Positions 21,778-30,686 of a DNA stretch of 64,000 nt are shown here, piece by piece. This DNA comes from a virus. Taxonomy: Duplodnaviria > Caudoviricetes. The position numbers and the translations under genes are program-made. How positions within the stretch are numbered: the stretch's first letter is position 1; every line of letters begins with the position of its first letter. Below the pieces are notes generated by a model. It ran no database searches and had not been told where the DNA came from. It saw only the letters and a program-made list of their open reading frames with translations. The stretch spans positions 3,907-67,906 of IMG/VR virus record IMGVR_UViG_3300036982_000954. The stretch is one strand, 5' to 3'.

Positions 21778-22487
21778 CCAATGGAGGCTGTACATAGCTC
21801 CCTCTCCGATAACTCGTAGCCAGGGAATCCCTGGGATTGCCGCTCGTGAAACAACTCGCGATCCTGCGCCCAGCCCCGCTGGGCCTTTACCAAATACTCG
21901 GGGCGCGACACCTTGCGCCTACTCCAATGATCGTGATAATGGGTCAGGTCCGACCGTTGCCAAAGCAGGCGCTGCTTATCCGCAACGTTCCTCAATTCCT
22001 CATCGGCAAAGAATTGGTGATACTCGGGCCAGAACACCCCGCGGCCACCGTTAGCCCGCAGAATGTAATCGCGGCCCATCCAGGGTGAACCACAGATACG
22101 CTCGCTCGCGGCTTTCCCGTCCTTATCCAGCATCCACCGATCTCCGGTAGGCTGCATTATCCCGCAGGAGCCGCCGAAATGATACAGGAAGTCCATTTCA
22201 ATCTTCTCGGCTTGGGGATCATGGTCGCCCGGCCACATATCGTCGCCTCCCGTAACGATGGCGGTGCTTTGGGGATCGTGGTTCAGCAGAATGCGGCACA
22301 TCCCATTAACGACGTTAGGCCAGCCAGTGTACACACCCTCCAGCACCAAGTCGATCTGTTTCCGATAAGGCACCGGGGCATGGAGATCGATGAAAGCGCA
22401 CACCTTGTACCCTTTGGCTTTCCACAATGGAAATACCCGCTGGGCATTCTCGGGGTTGGCCGTCGCGATAGCATACCAAACGCTCAT
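21774..22487 (-). CDS. GT2-like glycosyltransferase
   Basis: GWPNVVN, IVTGGDDMWP, ICGSPWMG, YHQFFADEEL, HYHDHW. Confidence 0.65.
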   Translation of the reverse strand: MSVWYAIATANPENAQRVFPLWKAKGYKVCAFIDLHAPVPYRKQIDLVLEGVYTGWPNVVNGMCRILLNHDPQSTAIVTGGDDMWPGDHDPQAEKIEMDFLYHFGGSCGIMQPTGDRWMLDKDGKAASERICGSPWMGRDYILRANGGRGVFWPEYHQFFADEELRNVADKQRLLWQRSDLTHYHDHWSRRKVSRPEYLVKAQRGWAQDRELFHERQSQGFPGYELSERELCTASIG

Positions 22488-23137
22488 GCGGCTACCTCTT
22501 TTGCCAAAGTGCTGCGGCGGAAGAAAGGCAACGCGGTATCTTCAGAAGCATTGACTACCTCGAAGGCGGCGGGCAGGTCGCCCCGCTTCTTGAAGAACTC
22601 GATATTTTCGTGCAGGGTTTCCATATGGTCGAGCCAGACCTTGATCTTCTCCGCATTCGGGGCACGTCCCCGCGGCGGATGCCAATTTGGCTCTCCTGTA
22701 ATGGGCGCCAGCTTGAAGTCGAAACCGACCAGGACCACTTTGCGCGCCCCGAACAGAATGGCCAGATTGATAGCGCTGGTGCCGGTGTTCATATTCCACC
22801 CGACACGGCCGTCGATGAAACAGCCCCGGATTTCCCGGCGCACAACCAAAATGCCCTCACAATCCGTATGCGCACAACGCTCCTGGCACGTTACCTTGAG
22901 GCCCGGAAACTGGTCGAGATCTTTCTCAAAGAGTTCGTACCAACTCCAGTCGCCAAAGTAGCACACGTCGATCCAGTCCCCCAACAGGAAGGCATCGTTA
23001 CAACCGATGACCCTGATCGAGGGGTGGCGAGGGTGTTCGAGCAGCTTCAAGTTAGTACCCTCTAGGGACGGGCCTCCGCCAATGATAACGGCGGTCGATC
23101 CGTCCCATATCTTTGGCGGAGTCCAGTACCCCTTCAT
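22484..23137 (-). CDS. Maf/DUF115- or GT29-like transferase
   Basis: AVIIGGGPSL, IGCND, NTGTSAINLA...ARKVVLVGFD. Confidence 0.7.
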   Translation of the reverse strand: MKGYWTPPKIWDGSTAVIIGGGPSLEGTNLKLLEHPRHPSIRVIGCNDAFLLGDWIDVCYFGDWSWYELFEKDLDQFPGLKVTCQERCAHTDCEGILVVRREIRGCFIDGRVGWNMNTGTSAINLAILFGARKVVLVGFDFKLAPITGEPNWHPPRGRAPNAEKIKVWLDHMETLHENIEFFKKRGDLPAAFEVVNASEDTALPFFRRSTLAKEVAA

Positions 23138-23139
23138 TC

Positions 23140-23445
23140 CTAGCGGCCTTCCACCATCGCTTGCGCTTCCTGCTCGGTCAGCGCCTGGGTGTTGATGCGC
23201 TTGCCCGTGGCCGGGTTCAGCACATCATACCCATCACCAGTCGGACGCACAACGGCAGTCGGGCGTGTCCCTGGGGGAACCGTGCGCCGACGGGCGCGGG
23301 TCTGGTCCAGCGCCGCCGGCTCCAGCACCCGATGAAACTTGCCAGTGAAAATCCGGTCCAGGGGACGGTCACTGTTCACCAGCGCTCCCTGCTCGTACTT
23401 CTTGTTCCCTTCGCGATGATTCCCGCACATCAAACGATACTGCAT
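23140..23445 (-). CDS. small head-associated protein
   Basis: 101 aa right after the capsid gene; AAGGAG RBS; GYDVLNPATGKRINTQALT motif. Confidence 0.65.
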   Translation of the reverse strand: MQYRLMCGNHREGNKKYEQGALVNSDRPLDRIFTGKFHRVLEPAALDQTRARRRTVPPGTRPTAVVRPTGDGYDVLNPATGKRINTQALTEQEAQAMVEGR

Positions 23446-23483
23446 TCTAGGTACTCCTTGTGTAGGAGATTGGGGTTAGGGGA

Positions 23484-23510
23484 AACACCGGGCATGGTTA
23501 GCCCTGTGTT
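23484..23510 (-). terminator. hairpin after the major capsid gene (possible leaky terminator)
   Basis: AACAC-A-GGGC / GCCC-G-GUGUU stem in the intergenic gap, short U run. Confidence 0.4.
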
Positions 23511-23526
23511 GAGGAACGGGGTCCGA

Positions 23527-24546
23527 TCAGGCCATGTGGATGATACCACAGTAGTTGTCCTGATCGCTCCGCATCTGCGGAACCAGGATGGTCATCACCT
23601 TGAAGTGACTGACCATGCCGCCTTCCGTCCGCCACTCGATGGTCTGGACGGGGAGGCCCTGCACCATCCGCACCGTCTCCACGTCCATCTGGACGAGGAG
23701 GACGTTGTGCGCGGTGAGGAAGTCGGCCACGCGGATGCCCGCGATGTTGTCCAACTTCATCAAGCGCTCGCGCACCGTGATGGTGTTCGGGGACGTCGTG
23801 CTGTAGTCGTCGTCCAGCTTCGTCTCGTAGCCGGACGGGACGTACAGCATGTACGGACCATAGCGGCGGTTGTCGATGGCCGCCTGCTTCATGGTCTTCA
23901 CCATGTTCTTGATGTCCTCGCCCGTGCAGGCGGTGGCATCCCACTGCTCCGTCAGCGTGACCGACTCACGGTACGGGTAGTCCATGTACCCGTAGATCGT
24001 GCCGCCACCGTAGGCGAACGTGCTCGCCCCGCAGAACAGCATGTCTTCCGCCTTCTCGGCCACCTTCCTTGCCGCCAACTGCGCCTGCAAGGTATCCAGA
24101 CCGACGTGCCCGCGATTGCGCGACGCGCTGAGGACGCGGATGTTGATCTGGAAGTCCTTGTGGATGATCGGCAAGGGCAGGTACTTGATGCCGAACTTCA
24201 CACGGTCGTTGTTACCCCGCGTAACAGCGTCCATGCTGAGGTTGGCACCGTTCATGTCGCTCACGTCCTCATGCTGCAGGACCGTGGTGCCCATCCCATT
24301 CGGGATGTTCAGCGACAGGCCGCGGCCCATCAGGTCGGTGACACCGACCAGCCGCTTCTGGAAGGCTGCCACGACGGCCTCGTCGTAGTACTTCCACTCG
24401 TCGTGCCGCAACAGGTCGTTCGTGCGCAGGGCGCGGACGTCCATGTTGGTCTGGAGGAGCCGGGTGGCCACGTCGCCGTGACTCTGGCCGTTGTGGATGA
24501 CATCCACGGTAGCCGGGCCGCGAATCCAATTCTTCATTGCGTTCAT
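23527..24546 (-). CDS. major capsid protein (HK97 fold, encapsulin/Linocin-M18-like type)
   Basis: RALRTNDLLRHDEW, LPLPIIHKDF, ARKVAEKAEDM, YGPYMLYVP; extreme GC3 bias; follows scaffold and decoration genes. Confidence 0.9.
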   Translation of the reverse strand: MNAMKNWIRGPATVDVIHNGQSHGDVATRLLQTNMDVRALRTNDLLRHDEWKYYDEAVVAAFQKRLVGVTDLMGRGLSLNIPNGMGTTVLQHEDVSDMNGANLSMDAVTRGNNDRVKFGIKYLPLPIIHKDFQINIRVLSASRNRGHVGLDTLQAQLAARKVAEKAEDMLFCGASTFAYGGGTIYGYMDYPYRESVTLTEQWDATACTGEDIKNMVKTMKQAAIDNRRYGPYMLYVPSGYETKLDDDYSTTSPNTITVRERLMKLDNIAGIRVADFLTAHNVLLVQMDVETVRMVQGLPVQTIEWRTEGGMVSHFKVMTILVPQMRSDQDNYCGIIHMA

Positions 24547-24593
24547 CGTTCCGTCCTTCTCGTAGGGGGGGTTTCGGAGTGCCCAGCTTACGC

Positions 24594-25040
24594 TTAGGCA
24601 ATCTCCACTTCAATGAAGGAATCCGGGTCGGCCTTGCTGGAGTCGGACATGTTGACCGCCTCCAACGAGATGCCTACCAGCGCGCCTTCCTTGACCGTGC
24701 CCGAACCCGTCCGCAGCCGGCCATCGCCGTTACTGTAGACAGGCGCATGTTTCGTCACGTTGTAGCCCTGAGCCACGCGGAGCAACATCACGTCGCCCTT
24801 CTGGGGGGCGCGGAAGAAGACTCGGTCCCCCGCCGCGTAGGCTTCCGTGATTTCGTTGCCCTGGTTCTCGTCCTCAAGCGCCACCAGCAGAGGCTGGCAG
24901 TAGTCGAGGCTGTTCCCGTGCCGACGCACAGTGGCCGCCGCCGGAACCCGTTGGAGGATTTCGCCGGGGTAGATAGCCGCCGCCGCAAGCGCCTCCTTGA
25001 TGGGGCCGTCGCTCTGCAGGGTGATCGTGCGATTTGCCAT
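24594..25040 (-). CDS. head decoration / cement protein
   Basis: 148 aa between scaffold and capsid; EALAAAAIYPG, YAAGDRV motifs. Confidence 0.75.
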   Translation of the reverse strand: MANRTITLQSDGPIKEALAAAAIYPGEILQRVPAAATVRRHGNSLDYCQPLLVALEDENQGNEITEAYAAGDRVFFRAPQKGDVMLLRVAQGYNVTKHAPVYSNGDGRLRTGSGTVKEGALVGISLEAVNMSDSSKADPDSFIEVEIA

Positions 25041-25083
25041 GTTGTGTTTCCTCGTTCTTTGGGGTTGTGGGCCTTAGACGCCG

Positions 25084-26331
25084 TTAGGCTCTCGCGTCCA
25101 GCGTCTTCAGCGCGCCCTGCCAGTCGACCTTCGGCGGCTCCGGCACCTTCTCCGCTTCCTCGTCCTCGTTGGCCTCGAAGCCATACCGCAGGGCCATCGC
25201 CGGACTCACGGTCCGCAGCAGGTCGCGCAGTTCGTTCGTCTCCATCGCCATCAGCGACTTCTCGCTGATCTTGACCCTCTTGGTGGCGGTGATCTCGTCC
25301 ACCAACTCGCGCTTCGCCGCTTCCTCGCCCGCATTCTTCACGAGCATCGGAACCAGCTTCGTCACCTTCTCCTCGACCGCCGCATTGATGCGCTGCTGCA
25401 TCAGGGCCTCGAGTTCCTCGTCGGTGACTTCACGGTCGCCCGCCTGCTCGGCGTTCGCGGCGAGCCGCTTCTTGACCTCAGCCTCAACGTTGGCCTTGAA
25501 CTGCTTCTCGGCCTCCGCCTTGGCATCCGCCTCGGCCTTGTCGTCCGCCTGCTTCTTGGTCGTCGCCTCAGCCTTCGCAGCGGCGGCTTCCTCGCGGGCG
25601 TTCACGACCATCTCAAAGGCGTCGGCGTCCAACGCCTCCAGAATGGTCACTTCCTCGTTCGTGGCGAGATTGCTCTTGACGAGCTTCGCCACTGCCTTCT
25701 TGCGGTCCATCGGGACCTCCTCTTCGGTTTGGGTTGCTTTGCTGTTGGTACGCGGGAATCCTGCCCCCGCCTCCCACGAACACGCGCCCTTTTCGTCGGG
25801 CAGCAATGCCAGGTGGTCGGGTCGGTAGTTCTTACTGATTGCGGAATAGGGCTTGCCCTGCCACTCGCCGTTCTGCACGGAGGCTTCGAGGAACAGTCCC
25901 GTGCTGACCTCGATGGGCTTGCCTGCTTCCACTCGACCGGCCAGTTGCGGATTCAGTTTCCGCAGCTTGGACATCTCCAGCCACAACTCGCCCTTGAGGC
26001 GGGGTGCCTCATAGGTCGTATTGTAGACCACGCCGATGTCCACGCGCTTGAGATCGGGTTGGTTCGCGCTCACGCGCTTCCCAGCCTTCTCCGGGTGTTT
26101 GACCGTAACCGGCCGACCATTCCAAGCCTCGGCAAACTTGCTCAGTTCGTCCCCTGTGTAGAGAATGTCGTTCCAGACACCCTCCCGAATCATTACCACA
26201 GGGCCGACCAAGTAGTGTTTACCATCCAACGATTCCGCCCGCATCTTGCCACTTGGCGAGGCAAGGTGGGTGCAGAACCGCTCCTGCAGAGCCGTCTGAT
26301 TTGTGACTAGGTTTTTGTTCGTCCTCCTCAT
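25084..26331 (-). CDS. DUF2213 prohead protease/scaffold protein
   Basis: Start at MRRTNK; VMIREGV, WNGRPVTVKHP, EVSTG, RPDHLALLP..KGACS, then a charged helical scaffold tail. Confidence 0.85.
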   Translation of the reverse strand: MRRTNKNLVTNQTALQERFCTHLASPSGKMRAESLDGKHYLVGPVVMIREGVWNDILYTGDELSKFAEAWNGRPVTVKHPEKAGKRVSANQPDLKRVDIGVVYNTTYEAPRLKGELWLEMSKLRKLNPQLAGRVEAGKPIEVSTGLFLEASVQNGEWQGKPYSAISKNYRPDHLALLPDEKGACSWEAGAGFPRTNSKATQTEEEVPMDRKKAVAKLVKSNLATNEEVTILEALDADAFEMVVNAREEAAAAKAEATTKKQADDKAEADAKAEAEKQFKANVEAEVKKRLAANAEQAGDREVTDEELEALMQQRINAAVEEKVTKLVPMLVKNAGEEAAKRELVDEITATKRVKISEKSLMAMETNELRDLLRTVSPAMALRYGFEANEDEEAEKVPEPPKVDWQGALKTLDARA

Positions 26332-26513
26332 TGTTTCACCTGGGGGTTGAACTCCGCTGCTTGCTTGTACACGATCCCGCGATCTCCAGGGTAGGGCTTG
26401 TCGTGGACCACCTTGCCCTTGCGAATGTCGCGGGGGATACCGTCCGGGAACGCGGCGCAGCAACCGTCCCGCAGGTATCGCTCACACTGCATACAGAAAA
26501 TTGACCAACTCAC
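26328..26513 (-). CDS. small Cys-rich protein (CxxC...CxAFPDGIP), MuF-locus associated
   Basis: CMQC...CCAAFPDGIP...HDKPYPGDRGI motif. Confidence 0.7.
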   Translation of the reverse strand: MSWSIFCMQCERYLRDGCCAAFPDGIPRDIRKGKVVHDKPYPGDRGIVYKQAAEFNPQVKQ

Positions 26514-26983
26514 CCGAAAGCCTCCTTCAGATAAGAGCGCACCGTCGCGGCATCTTGGGGTCCAATGCGATTCATCGCCGATAGGCGGAAAGCACCGAAT
26601 CCGGCCTTGTGGTACACGGTGGGCGGGCTCGTGCGCCGGTCAAAGGCAAAGGTGTGTCCCTCCGCCCGGCGGGTTTCCTCGGTTACCATTTCCTTGCGCA
26701 AGCGCGATTCAGGATGCGTCGTGATTTTGTCGTTGGCCGCGGTGGGGAAGATGGTTTTGCATTCGATGTGCAGCACCTTACCAGAAGGCAGGTATACAAT
26801 TCCATCCAGGGCACTCTGCCCGCCAACGTGCTCAGCGTCCGGGAACAATTCCATCAGCCACTGTTCATCCGCGACCGCGGCCTCGCGCTTTTCCCGGCTG
26901 GCAGGGACGTAGGAATCAATCGCATCCTGCCGCCGATCCAGCAGCAGTAGGGCACGAATCAATTGTTCCCGGCACGTCTTCAC
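26510..26983 (-). CDS. PD-(D/E)XK nuclease-fold protein
   Basis: ALDGIVYL...HIECKT motif; GTG start overlapping the upstream stop. Confidence 0.6.
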   Translation of the reverse strand: MKTCREQLIRALLLLDRRQDAIDSYVPASREKREAAVADEQWLMELFPDAEHVGGQSALDGIVYLPSGKVLHIECKTIFPTAANDKITTHPESRLRKEMVTEETRRAEGHTFAFDRRTSPPTVYHKAGFGAFRLSAMNRIGPQDAATVRSYLKEAFG

Positions 26984-27684
26984 TAGATGCCCCTCGTATC
27001 ATTGAGAAAGACTTTGTCATTGAGGAAGACTTTGCCCGATAGCGGATACCACCCACTCAAGGCCACAAGGCGCGACCGAATGGACTGATCCTGGTCCAGC
27101 ACAAACCCTTCGTCCTTGAACTTGGCAATCCACCAATCATCGGACTTGTTGGTTACATGATGCCAGCCCGTGCCGCCGTGCCCTTCGGTTCCGTGCGCCA
27201 CTACCACAACCTTGCCCAGCCGCAGGGCCGCGAAGACATTGCCCAGGTACTGCTCCTCAACATGCTCCAGCATATCGCAGCACCAGACCAAATCCACCGC
27301 GAAAGACAAGGGCCAGCACCCGGTTGTGAAGTCGTGCTGGTGACAGCAGATTCGCTTGGTCCGCGCTACGCTCACGTTGCGGTCCAGGCCATCCACCCCG
27401 ATACTGAACACCCCCCGCAGGGCAAACCATTCGGCGGCGCCCCCTTCCCCGCAGCCAACGTCGAGGAAGGTTTTGGGCTGGTAGTACCCCAACAGCCAGG
27501 GCCACAGCGTATGGGGGTAGGACGTGCCAGGATCGCCGCCCTCCAGATTGCCCCCCAAATGGGGTTGCTCCGGGTCGGTCACAAAGGCACAGCCACCCGC
27601 TGCGGATACAATCGTACAATCGTCCCGCCGATTGATCTCCGCCGGCTTGATTGCATCCAGCATCGCTTGGTACTTCGCGTTCAC
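26983..27684 (-). CDS. class I SAM-dependent methyltransferase
   Basis: FLDVGCGEG, GVDG, DLVWCCDMLEHV. Confidence 0.85.
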   Translation of the reverse strand: MNAKYQAMLDAIKPAEINRRDDCTIVSAAGGCAFVTDPEQPHLGGNLEGGDPGTSYPHTLWPWLLGYYQPKTFLDVGCGEGGAAEWFALRGVFSIGVDGLDRNVSVARTKRICCHQHDFTTGCWPLSFAVDLVWCCDMLEHVEEQYLGNVFAALRLGKVVVVAHGTEGHGGTGWHHVTNKSDDWWIAKFKDEGFVLDQDQSIRSRLVALSGWYPLSGKVFLNDKVFLNDTRGI

Positions 27685-29834
27685 TTTGACTCCCCTTTCA
27701 CTACTTCACGAGCCGCCTCCCAAGCGGTCCTCAACTTGGCTGGGACTTGCTTTTCCCGACCCCCCAGCATCAGGGTACTGACCTCGGCAAACAACTCGCC
27801 CTCGTCCTCCACCGCCGCCTCGCTAACGTAGCGGGCATCGCGCCGGAGCACCTTGTCCTTCAGCATTACATCGTCGTAAGCGTCGTATTCGGTGCGCACC
27901 TTCTTCAAGAAAGCCATTGCCACTTCCCCATTCTGCTCGAACAGGGCATGGCTGGCCTCATGGAGAGTCAGGTCGCGCACGGGCGCGGGCGAGTCCATCG
28001 CCGTTGACCACCGCCAGCTACGACCCTCCTTGCGCGAGGCAGCCTTGGACGTGAATCCCTTGCGCTCCTGCCACTTCTCGTGCTTGGTGGCGATTTCCCC
28101 CGCCAGCCACGGCAAGTCAGGGGTCAGCAGGATTTCCCGCTTGCCCTGGCTCTCCGCATAGCCTGCATAACTGCCGCGCATTAGCTCGCCGCCTTCCAAC
28201 CGTACCGCATCCAACTGGACGTCCGCCCCCGCGGGCAGGGCCGCGTCCAAGCCCTCCACAACCTCGCGCTGCAAGAGCAACGGAGTGTCCCCCAAATCGA
28301 ACTCCTCGGCCGGCGCGTAGTCAGCCAACTCCTCGGCCGACATATCCCGGATCTCCGGGTTTGCCTCAGACAAGGGCTCGGCCGGTTCTTCCTGCTCTTC
28401 ATCCCACTCGGTCCGGGCCGGCGCCTCATCCCGCAGATCCTCGCTCGGCTCCTCGACCACAGGAACGCAAGTGCATTTGCAATTCGGGTGCAGGGGAATC
28501 ATATTCTCAATCGCGTCCAGCGTGAACTGCTTGCCCTCTAACTCCTCGCACTCCTCGCAGACATTGTCCAGCCCGCTAGTCAGCCATTCGGCGACTACCT
28601 CGACCCCCACCACACCTAGCTCGCGATAGCTCTGGATGGTAGCAACGTGGTGCGCCCGGACAATCTCCGTGCGGGCCAGGGTGCGCGCCCGTGGCAGTGT
28701 CATCCCCTCCACCTCGTTGGCCAACTCACGGGCAATGGCTTTGGGATTCTTCCCGGCCATAACCCCCTCCGCCATAATCCGGCCGATCTGGGCGTCCATC
28801 TTGGCCGTGACCCCCTTCAAATCCCCATAGGCACGGGTGAACAGCATTTCCGCCCGGTCGCGCATTCCGGCCGTCGCTCCCAGCATTGCCGACGCCTGGG
28901 CATCGTCCGCCGGCAGCCGCTTGCCAAACTTGCTGCCGCGCAAGCGGCCGATAGCCTGCCGCGAACCCCGCGCCATTGCCCCCGCCAAGGCATCGTCTAA
29001 CCAGCCCTTCTCGGCTACCCCACCCTCCTCTTCCTCGACCTCCTTCAGCCAGTCCAGGAACATCTGGGTCTTGGACGGGTTGCGGTTGAAGTCGCCCGGC
29101 GCGTTAGTGACCAGGGAATTAGCCGCATACCCCATCATAACATGTTCACCGATGCGCTCCGAAACCTTTAGCCCCAATCTTTGAAGGATACGCTCCATCG
29201 TAGGAGACACTACATCCAACTTCAAGACCGCGCCCATTTCCTCGACTTCCCGAAATGCCCTCAAACCCTCTTGGGCCAACCTAGTCCCTATCCCTTTCCC
29301 CCCGGCCTTGGGGTCAACTACAATATCAAAAGAGAACTCGCCTCCTACGAGGGAAGTAAAGAGTGCTCCCACTACTTTCTTCCCCTCATAAGCCATCGCA
29401 GTCAGTTCCTTATCCGACAAGATATTGATACCGGACTTTTTTGCAATTTCCCAAGCCTGATCTGCTCCGGGGATTTCCCCTTCCTCATCAGCATACAATA
29501 CTTTGCCTGTCCAAGGCCCACTGCCCCCTACTTCCCCCGGCCTGCCTGCATGGCCAAAGTTACCTGAGCCAGCCCCGCCATGCGTGGCCAGCCCGGCTAC
29601 CTCGGGGAAGAAGTGGGGGAACATCTTCTCGATGCGCTCGGCAAGCCGGCGGAAGCGGGCCACGACCTCCCGAACCAGATCGTCCCGCAAATCGCCGGTA
29701 AGCGTCGGGTCCAGGGGCGAAAGGCCGGAGACTAGGGGTTGGCCCTCGTCGTGCGCCGCAGGGGCCTGATTCAGCGTCTGCGGGGCATTCCCCGCGTTCG
29801 CCCTAAGCGCCCTGACTATGCAACTGCACTTCAT
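27681..29834 (-). CDS. MuF (gp7-like) head morphogenesis protein with GNAT insert and C-terminal zincin peptidase
   Basis: Start at MKCSC (ATGA overlap); ARTEIVRAH, VCEEC, IPLHPNCKC (MuF); VDPKAGGKGIGTRL (GNAT); HEASH...ELFAE (zincin). Confidence 0.85.
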   Translation of the reverse strand: MKCSCIVRALRANAGNAPQTLNQAPAAHDEGQPLVSGLSPLDPTLTGDLRDDLVREVVARFRRLAERIEKMFPHFFPEVAGLATHGGAGSGNFGHAGRPGEVGGSGPWTGKVLYADEEGEIPGADQAWEIAKKSGINILSDKELTAMAYEGKKVVGALFTSLVGGEFSFDIVVDPKAGGKGIGTRLAQEGLRAFREVEEMGAVLKLDVVSPTMERILQRLGLKVSERIGEHVMMGYAANSLVTNAPGDFNRNPSKTQMFLDWLKEVEEEEGGVAEKGWLDDALAGAMARGSRQAIGRLRGSKFGKRLPADDAQASAMLGATAGMRDRAEMLFTRAYGDLKGVTAKMDAQIGRIMAEGVMAGKNPKAIARELANEVEGMTLPRARTLARTEIVRAHHVATIQSYRELGVVGVEVVAEWLTSGLDNVCEECEELEGKQFTLDAIENMIPLHPNCKCTCVPVVEEPSEDLRDEAPARTEWDEEQEEPAEPLSEANPEIRDMSAEELADYAPAEEFDLGDTPLLLQREVVEGLDAALPAGADVQLDAVRLEGGELMRGSYAGYAESQGKREILLTPDLPWLAGEIATKHEKWQERKGFTSKAASRKEGRSWRWSTAMDSPAPVRDLTLHEASHALFEQNGEVAMAFLKKVRTEYDAYDDVMLKDKVLRRDARYVSEAAVEDEGELFAEVSTLMLGGREKQVPAKLRTAWEAAREVVKGESK
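29520..29579 (-). repeat. copy 1 of encoded tag GGAGSGNFGHAGRPGEVGGS
   Basis: Translation inside the MuF gene. Confidence 0.95.
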
Positions 29835-30685
29835 ACTGCCTCGACCACTAATCCTTCGGGGTTGGCCATGCGTTCCGCAAAGGTAGGCTTGCGCCGGCGC
29901 GGCGAACGTTGTGCCGCATTGCCCCTCACCCCTGCCTTGCCCCGGCCCTTGACCACCGAAACCTTCACATTCCACTCGCCCCTCACCTGCGTCACTTTCT
30001 CAATCCGATAGGCGGTCCCGGCGGGGAGCAGCACTTCCTTCTCAAATTCGTCGTTCATAAACCTGGGCACCAGCATTCCTGCCCCCTTCGCGCCCGTAAT
30101 GGTAAGCATCACCCGATCCCCGCTTCGGTTAGGAAGCGGGAAGCTTTCCTCGTGGAGGAGGGCGAAGTCTGAAGCAACCTTCCGCTCGATGCTGGTAGAC
30201 TGAAACCCCCGGTCGGAAATGGTGTTGCCCGGAACCAAGCCCTTCAAGAAGTCTTGACCCTCGCCCTGGGGAAAATACAGTCCCCGATAAACCGTATCCT
30301 GCTTGTTAGCAAACGGGCCGGCGTTGGACACGACTTGGTTCATTAGCTGCTGCTCTTTCCCCATCACCCCCTTGAACCTCAAAGCGTGATTCACCAAAGA
30401 ACAGTCATCGCTGAAGTAGCGGTGCATTACCCCGTCCACCAACTGAACCTGCTCGGGCTTGACTCCCGCCGCCTGGTATAACGCCTTCGCTTGGGCGATC
30501 TCCGACTTATGGGAATAGATCATGTCGAAGTACTGGTCGGTCGACATGCTCCCAGGCAGGAATGAGTCCCCAGAAGAAGTACTCCCCCCGACCTCGCCGG
30601 GCCTACCAGCATGGCCAAAGTTCCCGCTACCCGCACCCCCAAGGGTGCGAAAGACGCGGGTAAGCTGTTGCTTGGTAGTCTTCAC
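29831..30685 (-). CDS. ADP-ribosyltransferase (VIP2/ADPrib_exo_Tox-like, R-S-E type)
   Basis: VNHALR, TVYRG, GFQSTS, EKEVLLPAGTAYRI. Confidence 0.85.
   Translation of the reverse strand: MKTTKQQLTRVFRTLGGAGSGNFGHAGRPGEVGGSTSSGDSFLPGSMSTDQYFDMIYSHKSEIAQAKALYQAAGVKPEQVQLVDGVMHRYFSDDCSLVNHALRFKGVMGKEQQLMNQVVSNAGPFANKQDTVYRGLYFPQGEGQDFLKGLVPGNTISDRGFQSTSIERKVASDFALLHEESFPLPNRSGDRVMLTITGAKGAGMLVPRFMNDEFEKEVLLPAGTAYRIEKVTQVRGEWNVKVSVVKGRGKAGVRGNAAQRSPRRRKPTFAERMANPEGLVVEAV
30581..30640 (-). repeat. copy 2 of encoded tag GGAGSGNFGHAGRPGEVGGS
   Basis: Residues 16-35 of the ART. Confidence 0.95.
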
Positions 30686-30686
30686 G

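Noticed and set aside
13932-23137. Host capsule or O-antigen locus, i.e. a prophage boundary
   Set aside because: No wzx, wzy, wzm or wzt and no sugar-nucleotide pathway; genes are coupled by overlaps to phage head genes on both sides.
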